Positions 25,890 through 39,893 of a stretch of DNA of 64,000 bases are shown here, in pieces (positions within the stretch are counted from its first letter, which is position 1; each line of letters starts with the position of its first letter). The stretch is from Mobula hypostoma (lineage: Eukaryota). Location of the stretch: the NCBI RefSeq assembly GCF_963921235.1, contig NC_086108.1, forward strand, positions 25,482,001-25,546,000. Reading direction: 5' to 3'. The notes beneath the pieces were generated by a model. It saw nothing but the letters and a program-made list of their open reading frames with translations, ran no database searches and was not told the DNA's origin. A program made the position numbers and the translations under genes.

Positions 25890-26352
25890 ACACATGGGAC
25901 TGCAGATATTGTAATCTGGAGTATATTTTAAAAAAAACTGCTGATAGAACTCAGCAACTCAGCCCAGAGAGTTCCTCCAGCATATACCTATCACCAGGGA
26001 GGAAGAGGCGAGATAGGAAAGAGCACCATTAAATTGGAATGGTTGGCCAGACATCTTGCATCCCTGCCCTGGGATCATCAACCTCCTTCGTGGTCTGTGA
26101 AAGGTTATCTGCAGACACAAGGGGGTGAGTGAGAAGGAATTATTGGGTGTTGAGAAAGGTGTAACACAAGATTAGCTGAGCTGTATGTGTCTGCCATGCA
26201 CCCTGATTTCTATATCCCTTGCTGCGATTATGTTGATACCCAGAAGGAAGCAGTGAGTCTTAAGACTTTCCTGAAGGGTGAGTAGGATGGTATAGGGACT
26301 GGACATTCATGGTGAAAATGAGGCATCCAGGGAACTGGAGGTTGTTGAAGGC
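25890..26352 (-). mobile_element. Highly degenerate Penelope-like fragment, inverted relative to its neighbour
   Basis: The reverse complement reads like QFPG..LIFTMNVQSLY and matches 54770-54870. pLTR-like sequence lies at about 25890-25985. Confidence 0.55.
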
Positions 26353-26359
26353 CACAGGG

Positions 26360-27655
26360 TTCTCTGCTTCTTTCTGGATTACGCCCTCAATCAGACCATA
26401 ACCTTACAGCCCTTCTCTGTTTGGCAGAACTGATTCTCACCCTCAGTAATTTCTCTTTCAGTTCCTCCCAACTTCTCCAGACCAAAGGTGTAGCAATGGG
26501 TACTCGCACGGGCCTCAGCTATGCCTGCCTTTCCATTGGCTACATAGAACAATTGATATTCCAACTGTTTCTCCATTACGCTGATGACTGCATTGGGATT
26601 TATTGCTGCACCCATGTTGAGCTCGCCAATTTCATCAGCTTTGCCACCATTTTCCACCCCTCACACAAATTCACTTGGACCATCTCCAACATCTCTCTTA
26701 ATCTCCCTGTCTCCATCTCGGTAGACAGATTATCCGCCTGCATCTCCTACAATGTCACTGACACCCATTTACTTTGATACAACACTTCACACTCTGTCAG
26801 TTACAAGGATTCTGTTTCTTTCCCTTATTTCCTCCACCTCCTCGGCATCTGTCCCCATGATGAGGCTTTCCATTCCAGCATATCCTAGATGTCCCATATC
26901 AGAAAATGGGGCTTTTCCCCATTCTGTCACCCCAATGCTATTGATACAGCTTTCCCCTGCATCTCTTCTATTTCTCTCACTCCATCCCTTACCTAGCCAA
27001 TTCCCTTGTCCTCACCTATTACCCCATGAGACTCTGCAACCAACACATCACTTTCCACAACTTCTGCAATCTCCAATGGGATCCCATCACCAGGCACATC
27101 TTCACCTCCCTTCTTCTCTCCTCTCTGCTTTCTGTAGGCAGTGCACCCTTCATGACTTCCTTGTTTGCTCCCCCCTCCCCACTGACCCAGTCTCCGTACG
27201 CTTATCCCTGCTATTGTGCTGTGCCCCTACAACTCCTGCCTGACGACAATTCAGGATCCTTATGAATGCTTCCAGGTGAGGAAGTTCTTCACTTGTAAAT
27301 CTATTGGTATCAGCTATTGCATCCAGTGCTCCTGGTATGGGTTCCTTATTCCTTTATGTCAGCTTCTACCCATGTCCTTGCAGTTTCCCATATCATCTAT
27401 GCTCCCTCTATCCCCACCATTTATCTTCCTCCCTTCTCACCTGGATTCACCTTATCTCTTGTCAGTTCTCACTCCGTCCCTGTCCTTCCTCCTTTTATAC
27501 TAGCTATCTGCCTTTATCATACCAATCCTGAAGAATTTCAGCCCGAAAGTTCAACTGTCTATTTCTCTCCATAAATGATGCCTGACCCGCAGTGTTCCTC
27601 CAGCAGTTATTGTGCTGTTCCAGATTTCCAGTATTTGCAGTCTTTCTTGTGTCTG
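26360..27655 (+). mobile_element. Degenerate 5'-truncated Penelope-like element
   Basis: LAELILTLSNFSF...QTKGVAMG...YADD and FTCKS..., a decayed hammerhead at about 27525-27557, and a pLTR tail. Confidence 0.82.
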
Positions 27656-28334
27656 TACACAGGTAACTGATGTCAGGATTGAACCCATATCAGTAAAAGT
27701 ATAACAATATATGAAGTATAAGTATAAAGACCTACCAACTGTGTTGCTGCCGACACTCTTATTTCTTCTTTTTTTTTGCTCTGGTTAAGTTGAAGATGTG
27801 AACTCTGCTGGATCATTGTTAGGAACAACCATTCAATCCAATGATAATGATTAGCAATGCCCCTTCTCTATAAAGTTTGTACCTCCAGTGTGGACATTAA
27901 ACCCACAACTACACCAGACTCCCTCCCACAGCTGCTTGGTCAACTGTAGTCACCTGATCCAGGGCCATCTGACAATTCAGGGATGATGTAAGCACTGACA
28001 TCACAGAGACCCAGGACTGGACAAAATATGGCAGAGTGGGACAGGATATGAACTTATTTTGGGAGAGAAATGAGTAGGGGAGACATAACACAAGCTCTTC
28101 AATAAATCCATTCGCATTTGAGAACGTCTAACAGTGAGGAGAGTGTTTTAAATGCTCCACTGTACTTTGGAATGGACCACAACATGTAATACTTTGCAGT
28201 CCCTCTTGTGATGGTGATAGGCAAGGAAAAAAATGTTTTCAGCAGAGGATTTCAAAGGTCTTGTAAGCATGGGGCATAAGCCTGCTGAAATAATGTTAAT
28301 GAGCTGCCTTACTCCAGGTTCCAACAATATACAT

Positions 28335-28642
28335 AGGAGATGAGTTATACAGCTCTTGCTACATGCACGTGCTGTTCAACTCTTTAAGTGATTATGCAGA
28401 AAGTTTGAAGTTAATAACTCATCTCCTTCTACCTTAGACCACAAACTTATCCATCACTCCAGCTGTGGACCACTTTCTGGAGGTCCAAGATGCTGACTTC
28501 TACAAAGAAGGGATCCGTATGCTCCATGACCACTGGACTAAGTGTGTAAATGTAGGAGGGGACTATGCTGAAAAATAAATGTGCTAGGTTTTCTAAAATT
28601 GACTCCTTTTACCTTAGGCTACAAACTTATCAATCACCCCTG
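28335..28642. mobile_element. Partial second copy of the mariner-derived MITE
   Basis: Matches one arm and the central spacer of 11707-12159. Confidence 0.8.
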
Positions 28643-29925
28643 GTATTTCAATAGCTCTTTTACATATATGTTTTGCTCCATTTGGAACCTGTCTTTGATT
28701 CATTTGTTGTAAGATTCCACAAACTAAGTGATCTTTCAGTGCACCATTAAGCTGATCATTGAACTGAAAATGCTCAGACAGCTTCTTCAATTCAGCCACT
28801 TATACTGAAACTTATTGAATGGTGAAAGGTTTTGATGGAGTGGATGTGGGGAGGATGTTTCCTATGGTGAGGGAGTCTAAGACCAGAGGACAAAGCCTCA
28901 GAATAGAGGGGTGTCCTTTTAGAACAGAGATGAAGAGGAACTTCTTAAGTCGGGGAACGGTAAATCAATGGAACTCTTTGCCACACGCAGCTGTGGAGGC
29001 CAAGTCTTTAGGTATATTTAAGACAGAGGTTAATAGATTCTTGATTGGTCAGGGCATGAAGGGGTATGGATAGAAAGCAGGAGATTGGGGATGAGTGATA
29101 AATTGGATCAGTCACGATGAAATGACCGAGCAGGCTTGATGGGCCAAATGGCCTAATTCTGCTCCTATATTTTATGGTCTTATGGTCCAATGGAAACATA
29201 GTCCTGATTCTTTTGCTTCTGCTTATTACACCTAAAGTGTTTTGCAATCAACTATGATTTCAGTTCTAATAATTCCTGCTCACTTCAACTGGTTTGGCTG
29301 GAGCAGTCAAATTCCTAAGAAAACTGTATGCTTTTTCACCCAATGCACTCAGCAAAACTGCTACTCATTGGCTATTTCATTTGCTTCAAAATTCTGCATG
29401 TTTTGCTCAGTATACAATATCCAGTTATCTGTTGTGTGATCAAACACATTCATCTTTCTGATGTAGCCAGCCATTTCTGTCTTTTTGCTTTATCAGCTGT
29501 TACTCACTGTTTATGAAGCCGTAAAATCTTTAGTTTTCTGTCTTCTTTTAAAACTCAACTGTCTTTCCTTTTAAACTCAACCGTTTCATTGCACTTTTTA
29601 AATCTCAAATATCTTGCTGTGCTTCAACAGGTAGGTAATCATCTCAGGTTCATTTAAATCTTTCTCACTGCCAGTGTTATGTTTTGTAACTCCATAAATT
29701 AAACTGATCGAAAGAAAGTCAAGAGAGCCAAGAGATGTATGATTGAATTTAGTTATTTTTTTGTAATTTAAGCTAGGCACGTGCATTTATTGCTGTGATG
29801 TGATGATGTGTACCATTCATGTATTTCGCTCATGTAACCATAACGAATTATACAACAAAAATGCTTAATCAAACAACATGTTTGCATATTAGTCAAATAT
29901 TACTGAAATGTTTAATGCACAAAGC
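28643..29925 (-). mobile_element. Truncated old Gypsy element (5' LTR at about 29675-29925 plus gag remnant)
   Basis: AELKKLSEHFQF...LKDHLVCGI. The LTR is homologous to 47976-48175 and 62595-62837, and ends CATAACA followed by a PBS-like TGGCAGTGAG. Confidence 0.78.
28813..29186 (+). mobile_element. CR1 3' fragment inserted in Gypsy gag
   Basis: RTEMKRNF...WNSLP...IFKTEVNRFL and a (TTATGGTC)n tail. Confidence 0.82.
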
Positions 29926-29929
29926 ATCA

Positions 29930-31350
29930 GAGGTAGAAAGGGTTGTAAGAAAGCTTTTGGCATACTAACCTTCACAAATCAATATATTAAGTACAGGAGT
30001 TGGGAGGTTATGTTGAAATTGTACAAGACATTGGTGAGGCTGAATTTAGAGTATTGCGTGCAGTTTTGATCAACTCCCTACTATATAGAAAAGATGTAAA
30101 TAAGATCAGTAGAGCTACTAGGAGTTGATGTTTCAATCCCTATGGTAAATTGGCACTTTCGATGTTGGCAGTGGGTTTGGAGTGGTGACAAGGAGGGAGG
30201 GTAGGTATGTCATTGGGGTCATCAAGTGGGCACCCTCCTTCTTTGACGTTTCGTTGATAAACCCACAACGTCTCCAGAGGGCTCAGTGGTGCTACCTGGT
30301 GTCCCAGAGACACCCACTTCAGTTCCATACCCTCCTGTCTTCATCTTGCAGCCCAGTTGTTGCCTTTCCTTTTAATCCAACTCCAATTGCTGCTTTCTTC
30401 TGCTGCGTTAGACATGGACTTGATTGCTTGTTGGAGGGAGTGACCCCTCACCCCTATCTTCCTCAATAGATGGTCGTAGATGTAGCAACGAATCCCCTGC
30501 ATCCCACTTCTACAGGGGAAATCTTGGTCTTCCAGACATTCTGGGCAGCTTCAGTTGCCAGTTCAGTGTACCTGGTCTTTTTCCTCTCATAAGCTTCTTC
30601 GACACTATCTTCCCATGGTACTGTCAATTCCACAACATATGCCAGCTTGGCTGCTGTGGACCACAGGACCATGTCTGGCCGGAGTGTTGTAGCTACAATG
30701 TCTGGGGGAAACACAAGCTTTTTTTACAAGTCCATGTCTATTTTCCAATCCCGAGCAACCTGCAGAATGCTTACATCTTTTGATGTTATATGGTGCTCTG
30801 GAGGTTGGCCTGCTGATACAAATCGCGTAATGTGGACATTTCCTGCCAATGTTTGTGGGAGAGCATTTGTGATGATTCGCCTCTGTTCCAAGAGTGCAGA
30901 GAAAATTTACAAGGATGTTGCTGGGACTTGAGGTACTGAGTTATAGGGAAAGGTTCAATAGGTTAGGACTTTATTCCTTAAAACATAGAAGATTGAGGGG
31001 AGATTTGATAGAGGTATACAAAATCTTGAGGTATATAGACAGGGTAAATACCAGCAGGCTTTTTCCACTGAAACTGTGTGAGACTACAACTAGAGGTAAT
31101 GAGTTAAGGGTGAAATGGTTAAAGGGAACATAAGGGGAAACTTCTTCACTCAGAGGGTGGTGAGAGTGTGAAACAAACTGTTAGTGCAAGTTGTAGATGC
31201 AGGTTCGACTTCAAAATTTAAGAAAAGATTGGATAGGTTCCTGTACATAGATGGGAGGGGTATGGAGGACTATTGTCTGGGGGCAGGTTGATGGGACTAG
31301 GCAGATTAATGGTTTGGCTTATTTCTGCACTGTAGTGTTCTATGACTCTA
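29930..31350 (+). mobile_element. CR1 3' fragment split by a HERO-like insertion
   Basis: ...gatgtaaataagat resumes as agagtgcagagaaaatttac (QRKFTRML...RGDLIEVYK). Ends in a TATGACTC tail. Confidence 0.8.
30105..30890 (-). mobile_element. Second 5'-truncated HERO-like RLE retrotransposon (different subfamily)
   Basis: FPPDIVATTLRPDMVLWS...VELTVPWE...KKTRY...PVEVGCRGFVA. Confidence 0.83.
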
Positions 31351-32269
31351 ACAAATATCTTCTCCCAGTGTTAAAATATCTAATACTGGAAGGCATGCAT
31401 TTAAGGTGAGAGTGGAAAGTTCAAGGGAGATGCACATGGCATTTTTGATTTACACAGAGAGTGGTTCATTCCTGGAATGGACCTCTAGGAGTGAAGGTGG
31501 ATGAACTATGGTAGAGATGTTTAAATAACTTTTAGATATTTACGTGAATATGTAGAGATAGAGGGATATAGACCATATGCAGGCAGAAGAGTTTAGACAT
31601 TATTAGCTTATTGAGGTCAGCACAACAGTGTGGGCTAAAGGGCTTATTCCTTTACTCTACTGTCGTATGTCCAGTTGGTTTGGACACTCCTCCCCCCCCC
31701 CCAAATCAATGTCAACTGTAGCACAATGGATCCACCCTCACTTCAGAGTCCAAGGGATGCAAGTCTGAATTACAGCCATCTGCATAATCCAGACAAACAC
31801 TCCAGGGCAGTAAGGGAGTAGAATGAATTATTAATGATGAAACGTTACGGATGACATGGTAAACCATGAACCATTAGCTTTCTCAGCTGGATATGACACT
31901 ATTTAGAAGAGAAAGATTTATTTCCCAATCAATAGATTAGCTGTTCAATATCAGACATTCACTCACAGAGCTTTGCTGTGTACAAATTAGGGAGTTGCTT
32001 TTATGACATTACAAAGTAATTAGTTGCCTGTAAAGTGCAAGATGAATATTTCAATTAATATTTGATTAATATTTTATGAGACTTTGATAGGCATGAAAAC
32101 TTCCATCTTTTTACATTCAATAATGCAGTAGATATATAAGTAATTTCTACTTTGGAAGACAAGTTAGAGTATATTGCAACAGACAGGTAAGAGGAGATAA
32201 TATATGGGAGAGGAGCTAAAGAAAAGCATGAATTCTGCTGTATACTGTACCTTATTTTAAAGACCATAG

Positions 32270-33245
32270 TTCAATTAAAAATTCAAAATACATTTATTAT
32301 CATAGTATATACAGTATTTGTCACCATATACAACCCTAAGATTCATTATCTTGTGGGTGATCACAGTAAATACAAGAAACTCAATAGAATCATTGAAAGT
32401 CTGCACCCAACAGTGCAACAACCAATGTGCAAAAAACATGCAAACTGTGCAAATACAAAAAGAAAGAGTAAAAATAATAGTAGTAAATAAATAAGCAATA
32501 AATATCGAGAATCTGAGATGAAGAGTACTTTTGGTAGGCTTTTTCATACAAGGCCATTGTTGTTTCCATAGTCGTTCGTCAAAGTTTTAGATGAATGTTG
32601 AATCTTCACAAACTTCTAAGAAAGTAGAGATGCTGTCATGCTTTCTTTGTAATGCCACCTGAAATGATAACACCGAGGAATTTAAAGTTGTTGACCCTCT
32701 CCACCCCGATCCTCTGATAAGGACTGGCACATGGACTTCCAGTTTTCTCCTCCTGAAGTCAAAAATCATCTCCTTGGTCTTGTTGACATTGAGTGAGAGG
32801 TTTTGTTGTGGCACTTCTCAGCCAGATTTTTAATCCCCCTCCCATGTACTGTATTTGCTGATTCATCACAACCCTTGATTCACCCAGCGACATTGGTGTT
32901 GTCAGCAAAATTAAATATGGCATTGGAGCTGTGCTTAGCCTCACATTCATAAGTATAAAGCGAGAAGAGCAGAGGGCTAGGCAAAATGGTTTGTGGTGCA
33001 CCTGTGCTGAAGAAGATTGTGAAGGAGATGTTGTTGCCAATCCGAACTGACTAGGATTTGCAAGTGAGGAAATTGAGGATCCAATTGTGCAAGGATGTAT
33101 TGAGGCTAAGGTTTTGAAGCTTATTGATTAGTTTTGAGGGGAATGCGGAGCTTTAGTCAATGAAGAGCATCTTCACTGTCCAGATGTTCCAGGATTGAGT
33201 GAAGAGCCAATGAAATGGCATCTGCTGTCGACCTGTTGTGACAGT
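32270..33245 (-). mobile_element. Rex1/Babar 3' fragment
   Basis: FADNT-like motif, NLSLNVNKTKEMIFDFRR, and an AT-rich 3'UTR shared with 63133-63520. Confidence 0.75.
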
Positions 33246-33574
33246 CAGTTTAAACTTCATTTACTATACCAAGGACTATTCTGTTCATTCATATTCATCA
33301 TTTATTAAATATTAATCAGGCCCAAATTAAAACACTAATCTCTGAATATATTTTGTTTTTTTCAACACCATATTTGAGACAGTGTCGGTTGCTAAGTAAT
33401 TTCTTTATCATGAGGAAGTTCCAAATGGAATTATTAAAGATTTGGCATCATGATATTGACTGAATTTTTGCATCACAGACTGACAATAGACAGTGGCAGT
33501 CAGAAGGAAAGTAGAGAAGAATAGAACATGCCAAAAAACACTGATGGTCCAGAAATTTAGTGTTTGATTTGCTG

Positions 33575-34830
33575 TTCAATGTTGTTGGATTCAAAATTGG
33601 CTCAGCAGGGGAAACCAAAGCTGGCAGTAGATGGTTGCCTCTCTGACTGGCAGTGTGCCACAGGGATCAGTTCTGGGTCCATTGTTGTTTGTCATCTATA
33701 TTAACGATCCACATGAAAATACAATAAACTGGATCAGTAAATTTGCAGATGACACCAAGATTAGGGGTGTAGTGGACAGCAAAGAAAGCCATCAAAGTTT
33801 GCAGTGGAATCTAGACCAGCTAGAAAAATAAGCTGGAAAATGACAGATGGAATTTATTGCAGTCAAGTGTGAAGTGTTGCACTTCAGGAGGACAAAATAG
33901 GGTAGGACTGACACAACAAATGATGGAGCACTGCAGAGTTTGGCAGAACAAAGGGTTCTGGGAATATAGGTCCATAATTCTTTGAAAGTGGAATCTTAGG
34001 TGGATAGGGTCAAGAACATAGAACATAGAACAATACAGCACTGGAATAGGACCTTCAACCCACAATGATGTGTCAAACCAATTAAATTAGGATTCAAGTA
34101 GCTTATTAAACTAATCTCTTCTTCTTATACAATGTGCATATCCTTCCATATTCCTGTTTTCATGTGTCTATCTCAATGTCACTTGAGCTCTCTAATATTT
34201 ATGAATCTGCCACCACCTCAGGCAGTGCAGTTCAGACACCACCACTCTGTGCAAAAAATCTTGCCCCTCACATCTCCTTTGAAGTTGCCTACTCTCACCT
34301 TGAATGCATGCCCCCTATTGTTAATTATTTCAATGCTTGGAAAATGAGTTTGTCTGTCTACTTTACCAATGCTTCTCAGTGTCGTATAAACCTTCCTCTG
34401 ATTTGCCCTCAGCCTCTGCCGCTCCACAGAAAACAAACCCAAATTTGTCCAACATGCCCTCAAATCCAGGTAACATCCTGGTAAACCTCTTCTGCACTCT
34501 TTCCAAAGCCTCAAGATCGTTCCTATAATGAGCCCACCAAAATTGGCTGCAATACTCCAGATGTGGCCTAACTGGAGTTTTATAAAGCTACAAATAGAGC
34601 TTTTATAGGGTTATATATAGAGCTTTTGGCACATTTGCCTTCATACAGTAAATCAACGTATTGAGTACAGGAATTAGGATGCTATATTGAAGTTGTGAAC
34701 GAAGTTGGTGAGGCCTAATTTGGAGCATTGTGTGCAATTCTGGTCATCAACCTACAGGAAAGGTGTCAATAAGATTGAAAGAATACAAAGATAATTTAGA
34801 AAGATGTTGCCAGGACTGAAGAATCTGAGG
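33575..34830 (+). mobile_element. CR1 RT fragment with an antisense CR1 3' piece nested at about 34013-34590
   Basis: [18 protein letters not shown]...KFADDTK. The nested piece begins with (AGAACAT)n, the reverse complement of the CR1 tail. Confidence 0.75.
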
Positions 34831-34859
34831 CATTTGGAGGTACATACTTGGCTGAAGTT

Positions 34860-35477
34860 ACCATGGTTTCCTTCAGGGGAAATTTTGTCTGACAAATCTG
34901 TTGGAATTCTTTGAGGAACAGGCAGGATAGATAAAGGACAGTCAGTGGATGTTGTTTACTTGGATTTTTAGAAGAGTTTTATTTAAAGCACATGGTACGA
35001 TGGTATTAAATGAAAGATACTAGTATGGATAGAAGACTGGCAGGAGGCAAAGAGTGGGAATAAAAGGGGCTTTTTCAGGTTGGCTGCCAGTCACTAGTGG
35101 CATTCTATAGGAGTTCTTTATGTATTATATGTCAATGATTTGCATAACAATATTGATATCCCTATGCCCAAATTGGCAAAAAGGAAATGAACAGATTAGC
35201 AAAATGGACAAATAAGTTGCAGTTGAAATACAGTACAGAGAAGTGTATGGTCATGCACTTTGATAGAAGGAGTAAAAGCATAGACTGTTTTCTAAATGTG
35301 GAGAAAATTCAGAAATCAGAGGTACAAGAGAATGAGCAAGATTTCCCAAAGGCTAACTTTCAGGTTGATTCGGTAGTAAGGAAAGCAAACACAATGTTAT
35401 CATTCATTTTGAGAGGGGTCGAGTATAAGAACAAGAATGCAATGAAGAGGCTTTGTAAGTCATTGGTCAGGCTGCAT
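34860..35477 (+). mobile_element. Degenerate CR1 RT fragment that resumes at 38669-38735 after the Rex1 insertion
   Basis: ...LVRLHL | EYCEQF... is continuous across the insertion. Confidence 0.75.
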
Positions 35478-38400
35478 TTAGATTAGATTAGATTAGATTC
35501 ATCTTTATTGTCATTGCGCTGAGTACAGATACAAAGCCAATAAAATGCAGTTAACATCTGACCAGAAATGCAAAGAATAGTGTTATTTACAAAATAACTG
35601 CAAATGAAAAGTAAGTGCTACAGCACACAAATATAAAAGTACTGAGACAGTACAATATTGGTGCAATACTGCTTAGCGCTGTGATGTAAGGTTCAGCAGG
35701 GTTACGGCCTGAGGGAAGAAGCTTTTCCTGTGCCTGCTGGTGCGGGAGCGGAGGCTCCTGTAGTGCCTACCAGATGGAAGGAGAGTAAAAAGTCCATGGT
35801 TAGGGTGAGATGCATTCTTGATAATGCTTTTCACCCTGCCCAGGCAGCGTTTATGGTAGATGTTCTCAATGGTGGGCAATTGGGTGCTGATAATCCGCTG
35901 GGCAGTTCTCACTACATGCTGGAGTGCTTTGCGGTCTAATATGAGACTATGCCATACCACACTGAGATGCAGTTGGTGAGTATGCTCGTATACTCTCAAT
36001 GGTACAGCGGTAAAAGTCTGTCAGTATCCTGGGACAGAGGTGAGCTTTCTTGATGCTCGGCAGGAAATAAAGGTGCTGTTGCGCCTTTTTGATCAGGATG
36101 GAGGAGTTCAGGGACCAGGTGAGATCCTCGGAAATGTGGACACCAAGGAATTTGAAGCTTGATACACGCTCCACTACAGCTCCTTTGATGTAGATGGGGA
36201 CGTGAGTGTGGCTCCTAGCATGCCTGAAGTCCACAACGATCTCCTTGGTCTTCTGGGTGTTAAGGGCCAGATTGCTGTCGGCACACCACGCGGCCAGATG
36301 CTGGACCTCATCCCTGTAGGCCGTCTCGTCATCCCCTCTGATCAGGCCAACCACCCTGGTGTCGACTGCAAACTTGATTATGGAGTTAGAACCATGTACA
36401 GGAACGCAGTCATAGCTGAAAAGGAATTACAGAAGAGGGCTCAGCACACAGCCTTGAGGCACGCCGGTGTTCAGGGTGAGAGTGGAGGAGGAGAGGTTGT
36501 CTATCTGAACTGATTGGGGTCTGTTGGTCAGAAAGTCCAAGGTCCAATTGCAGAGGGATGAACTGATACCAAGCCGGTGAAGTTTGACGATCAGCTTGGA
36601 GGGGATCACAATATTGAATGCCGAACAAAAGTCAATGAACAGCATTCTGATGTAAGAGTTGGGGCTGTCCAGGTGGGTCAGGGCAGAGTGAAGTGCTGTG
36701 GAGATGGCGTCCTCTGTTGACCTGTTGGTGCAATAGGCAAATTGATGGGGGTCCAGGGTAGTGGGCAGACAGGATTTCTGATGTGGTAGAACTAGTCTCT
36801 CAAAGCACTTTGCAATGATGGGGGTGAGGGCAACTGGGTGGAAATCATTCAGGCCCGTGGCAGTGGAATGCTTTGGCACTGGCACAATGGAGGTGATCTT
36901 GAAGCTTATGGGGACAACTACCTGGACCATGGACAGATTAAAATTGTCCATGAAGACCCCGGCCAACTGCCCTGCACAGATGCTGAGCACACAGCCAGGT
37001 ATTCCATCCAGACCAGCTGCCTTCTGTACATTCACCCTGCTCAGGGTGGCGCAAACATCGGAGGTGGAAAGTGAGAGAGACAGTTCACCAGGTGGGAGAT
37101 CCACTTTGAGGGTGACCTCCTTGTTCTCTCAGTCAAAGCGATCATAGAAGTAATTGAGCTCATCAGGGAGGAAAGCAGAGCTGGAAGCGGGCACAGTACT
37201 AGGTGGTTCGAAGTCTCTAATGACTGGTATGCCTTGCCACATGTGCTGGGCGTCTGAGGAGTTGAAATGCTCCTCGATTCTCTGTTTGTATATGTGTTTA
37301 GCCTGAGAGATTCCCCTCCTCAGGTTGGCCCTGGCTGAGCTGTAAGCCTCCCGGTCTCCAGACCTGAAGGCTGAATCTCTGGCTTTGAGCAGGAAGCGAA
37401 CTTCTCTGTTCATCCATGGTTTCTGATTGGGAAAACATTTATTTGTTTTTGTGATGTCACCCTATCTACACACTTGTTGATGTGCTCAAGGACAGAGTTG
37501 GTATATAAATAGATGTTAATCAGAGAGTCTGTGGTGGCACGGGCAGCAAACGCTCTCCAGTCTGTGTGCTGGAATTGGTGCTGAAGAGCAGAGTCAGCAC
37601 CCTCCAGCCAGATCTTAATAGTCTTCATTGTGGGTTTCACACGTTTAGTGACCCGGCTATACTTGGGAAACAGAAATACTGAAAGATGTTCAGACTGTCC
37701 CAGGTAGGGGAGGGTAGTGGTTTTGTAAGTGTCAGCCACATTTGTGTAGACATAATCGAAGGTTTTATTACCCCTTGTGGTGCATGATACATTTTGGTAA
37801 AATCTTGGAAGCACGGTACGTAGGTTACAATGATTAAAGTTCCCAACAACAATAAAGGCTCCGTCTGGATGAAATGTCTGCAGCTTGCTAATAGCGGCAC
37901 TGAGGTCTTTCATGGCTACTTTAGCGTTAGCATCCGGTGGAACATAAACTGTGACAGTAATGATGCTTGTAAACTCTCGAGATTGGTAAAAAGGTCTACA
38001 CTTAATAATTAGGTATTCCAGATCAGCAGAGCAATAAGTGTCAGCAATAGTAGAGTTAGTGAACCATGATTGATTCACGTAGATGCATAAACCACCTCCC
38101 CTACTTTTACCTGTCGCTTTTGCAGCTCTGTCAGCTCTGAAGACCCTGCGCCCTTCCAGTTCCACCACGTTGTTTGGGACATCACTGTTTAGCCACGTCT
38201 CCATAGAAATACATGATGTTGCAACCTTTAAGCCTTCTTTGTATAAGGGTCCAAGTCCTTAGTTCGTCCAGCTTGGTCATCAGAGACCGAACATTGGCGA
38301 GGAAGATGCTAGGTAGCGCTGGATGGTGTGGATTTAGCCTTAGTTTAGCATGCAAACCTCCACGCTTCCCCCATCTTTGTTTACGGTCTCGGCACCGGGC

Positions 38401-38668
38401 CCTTCTGGTTGGAGCGAGTTGAATGCAGGTCCGCGGTGCCCTTACTAACTCTGGAGGTAGTTGGTCGAAGTTGAATGGATAGTCTAAAACTGTGTTGGTG
38501 CATTGATAGTTAATATCCAAAAGTGACTGTTTGCTGTAAGTGTAATTCGCATAGCCGAATCGAGCGAACATGCAGGAATCAGCAGATAAATTAACACTAT
38601 TTTTCGAAATCTGGTAAGACACTGAGCCTCGCGATACACATGAGCCACCGCCATCTCCAGGTGTATTC
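35478..38668 (-). mobile_element. Full-length (about 3.2 kb) frameshifted Rex1/Babar LINE
   Basis: KRGG...LPSIFLANVRSL, APE motifs (ETWL, GGGLCIYV, VYVPP), and RT (PVALT, HQFAY, RMLFIDF, PQG; FADD mutated to FAVD). It has a (TCTAA)n tail and sits cleanly inside a CR1. Confidence 0.9.
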
Positions 38669-39535
38669 GGAGTATTGTGAGCAGTTTCGGGCCCCATATG
38701 TATGAAAGTATGTGCTGCAATTGAGAAGAGTGATAAGTGAATGTCTTGCTTCAAGTAAAACATACGTAAGTTATCTCTTGGTTCTGTGCTTCTGCTTTCA
38801 ATTTTTTTTTGTTTTAGAGTTACAAAGCATAACTTGAGATGACTATATACTTCTTGAAGTGCAGCGAGAAGTTCGAGTTAAAAAAATTACAGTAAAATAT
38901 CTGAATTTTAAAAAAACGCAGAGGGATGGTCAGGTTTCGAAAAAAAGTGCAGATCATAATCTTTTCTTTGGAACACCACATTTATTTGCAAAAGGAAAAA
39001 TGATTGAGTTTAAAGAAAAGGCAGAAAGCGGACAAATTCATTGGTTCATAAACAGTGAGTATGGGTGATAATAGTCATGTTTTAAAAAAAAAGCAGAAAT
39101 AGCTGGCTACATTGGAAAAAGAGCAGATGGTGTAGTCGCATTCAATTCCACAAAAGCTAACTGGCTACTGAATACTGAATGACTTGAGCAGTATTTTGAA
39201 GAAATAGACAATGAGAAGTAAATGCCATTTTTGCTGTTCACATTCAATTTAAAGGCATACAGTTTGCTTAGAAGATTAACTGCTCCAACCAAACCAGCCA
39301 AAATGTGGATACCATGAAATAATGCAGGAACATTTAGAACTGAAACATTGTTGGTTACAGAACGCTTTAGGTTTCAAAAGTGGAATCAAAAGTCCATTCA
39401 GTGTATGTGGCTGAATCGAAGAGATCGTCTGAACATTGTCAGTTCAGTGATGGGCTTAATAATGCACTGCAAGATCACTTAGCTTGTGGAATCTTACAAG
39501 AAAACATTAAAAAACAGCTCCTAACTGAAGCATAA

Positions 39536-39893
39536 CTAGAGGTGTAAAAGATGATGAGAGGCATTGATCATGTGGATATTCATAGGCTTTCTTCCCAGGG
39601 CTGAAATGGCTGCCACAAGAGGGCACAAGTTTAAGGTGCTTGGGAGTAGGTACAGAGACGATATCAGGGTAAGTGTCTTACGCAGAAAGTGGTGAGTGCG
39701 TGGAATGGGCTGCCGGCAACGGTGGTGGAGACAGATACGATAGGGTCTTTTAAGAGGCTTTTGGATAGGTACATGGAGCTTAGAAAAATAGAGGGCTATG
39801 GGTAACCCAAGTAATTTCTAAGGTAGGGACATGTTTGGCACAGCTTTGTGGGCTGAATGGCCTGTATTGTGCTGTAGGTTTTCTATGTTTCTA
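39536..39893 (+). mobile_element. CR1 3' fragment inserted in Gypsy gag
   Basis: Close match to 18895-19260, with a TTTCTATG tail. Gag resumes as in the uninterrupted copy at 63820-63850. Confidence 0.85.
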
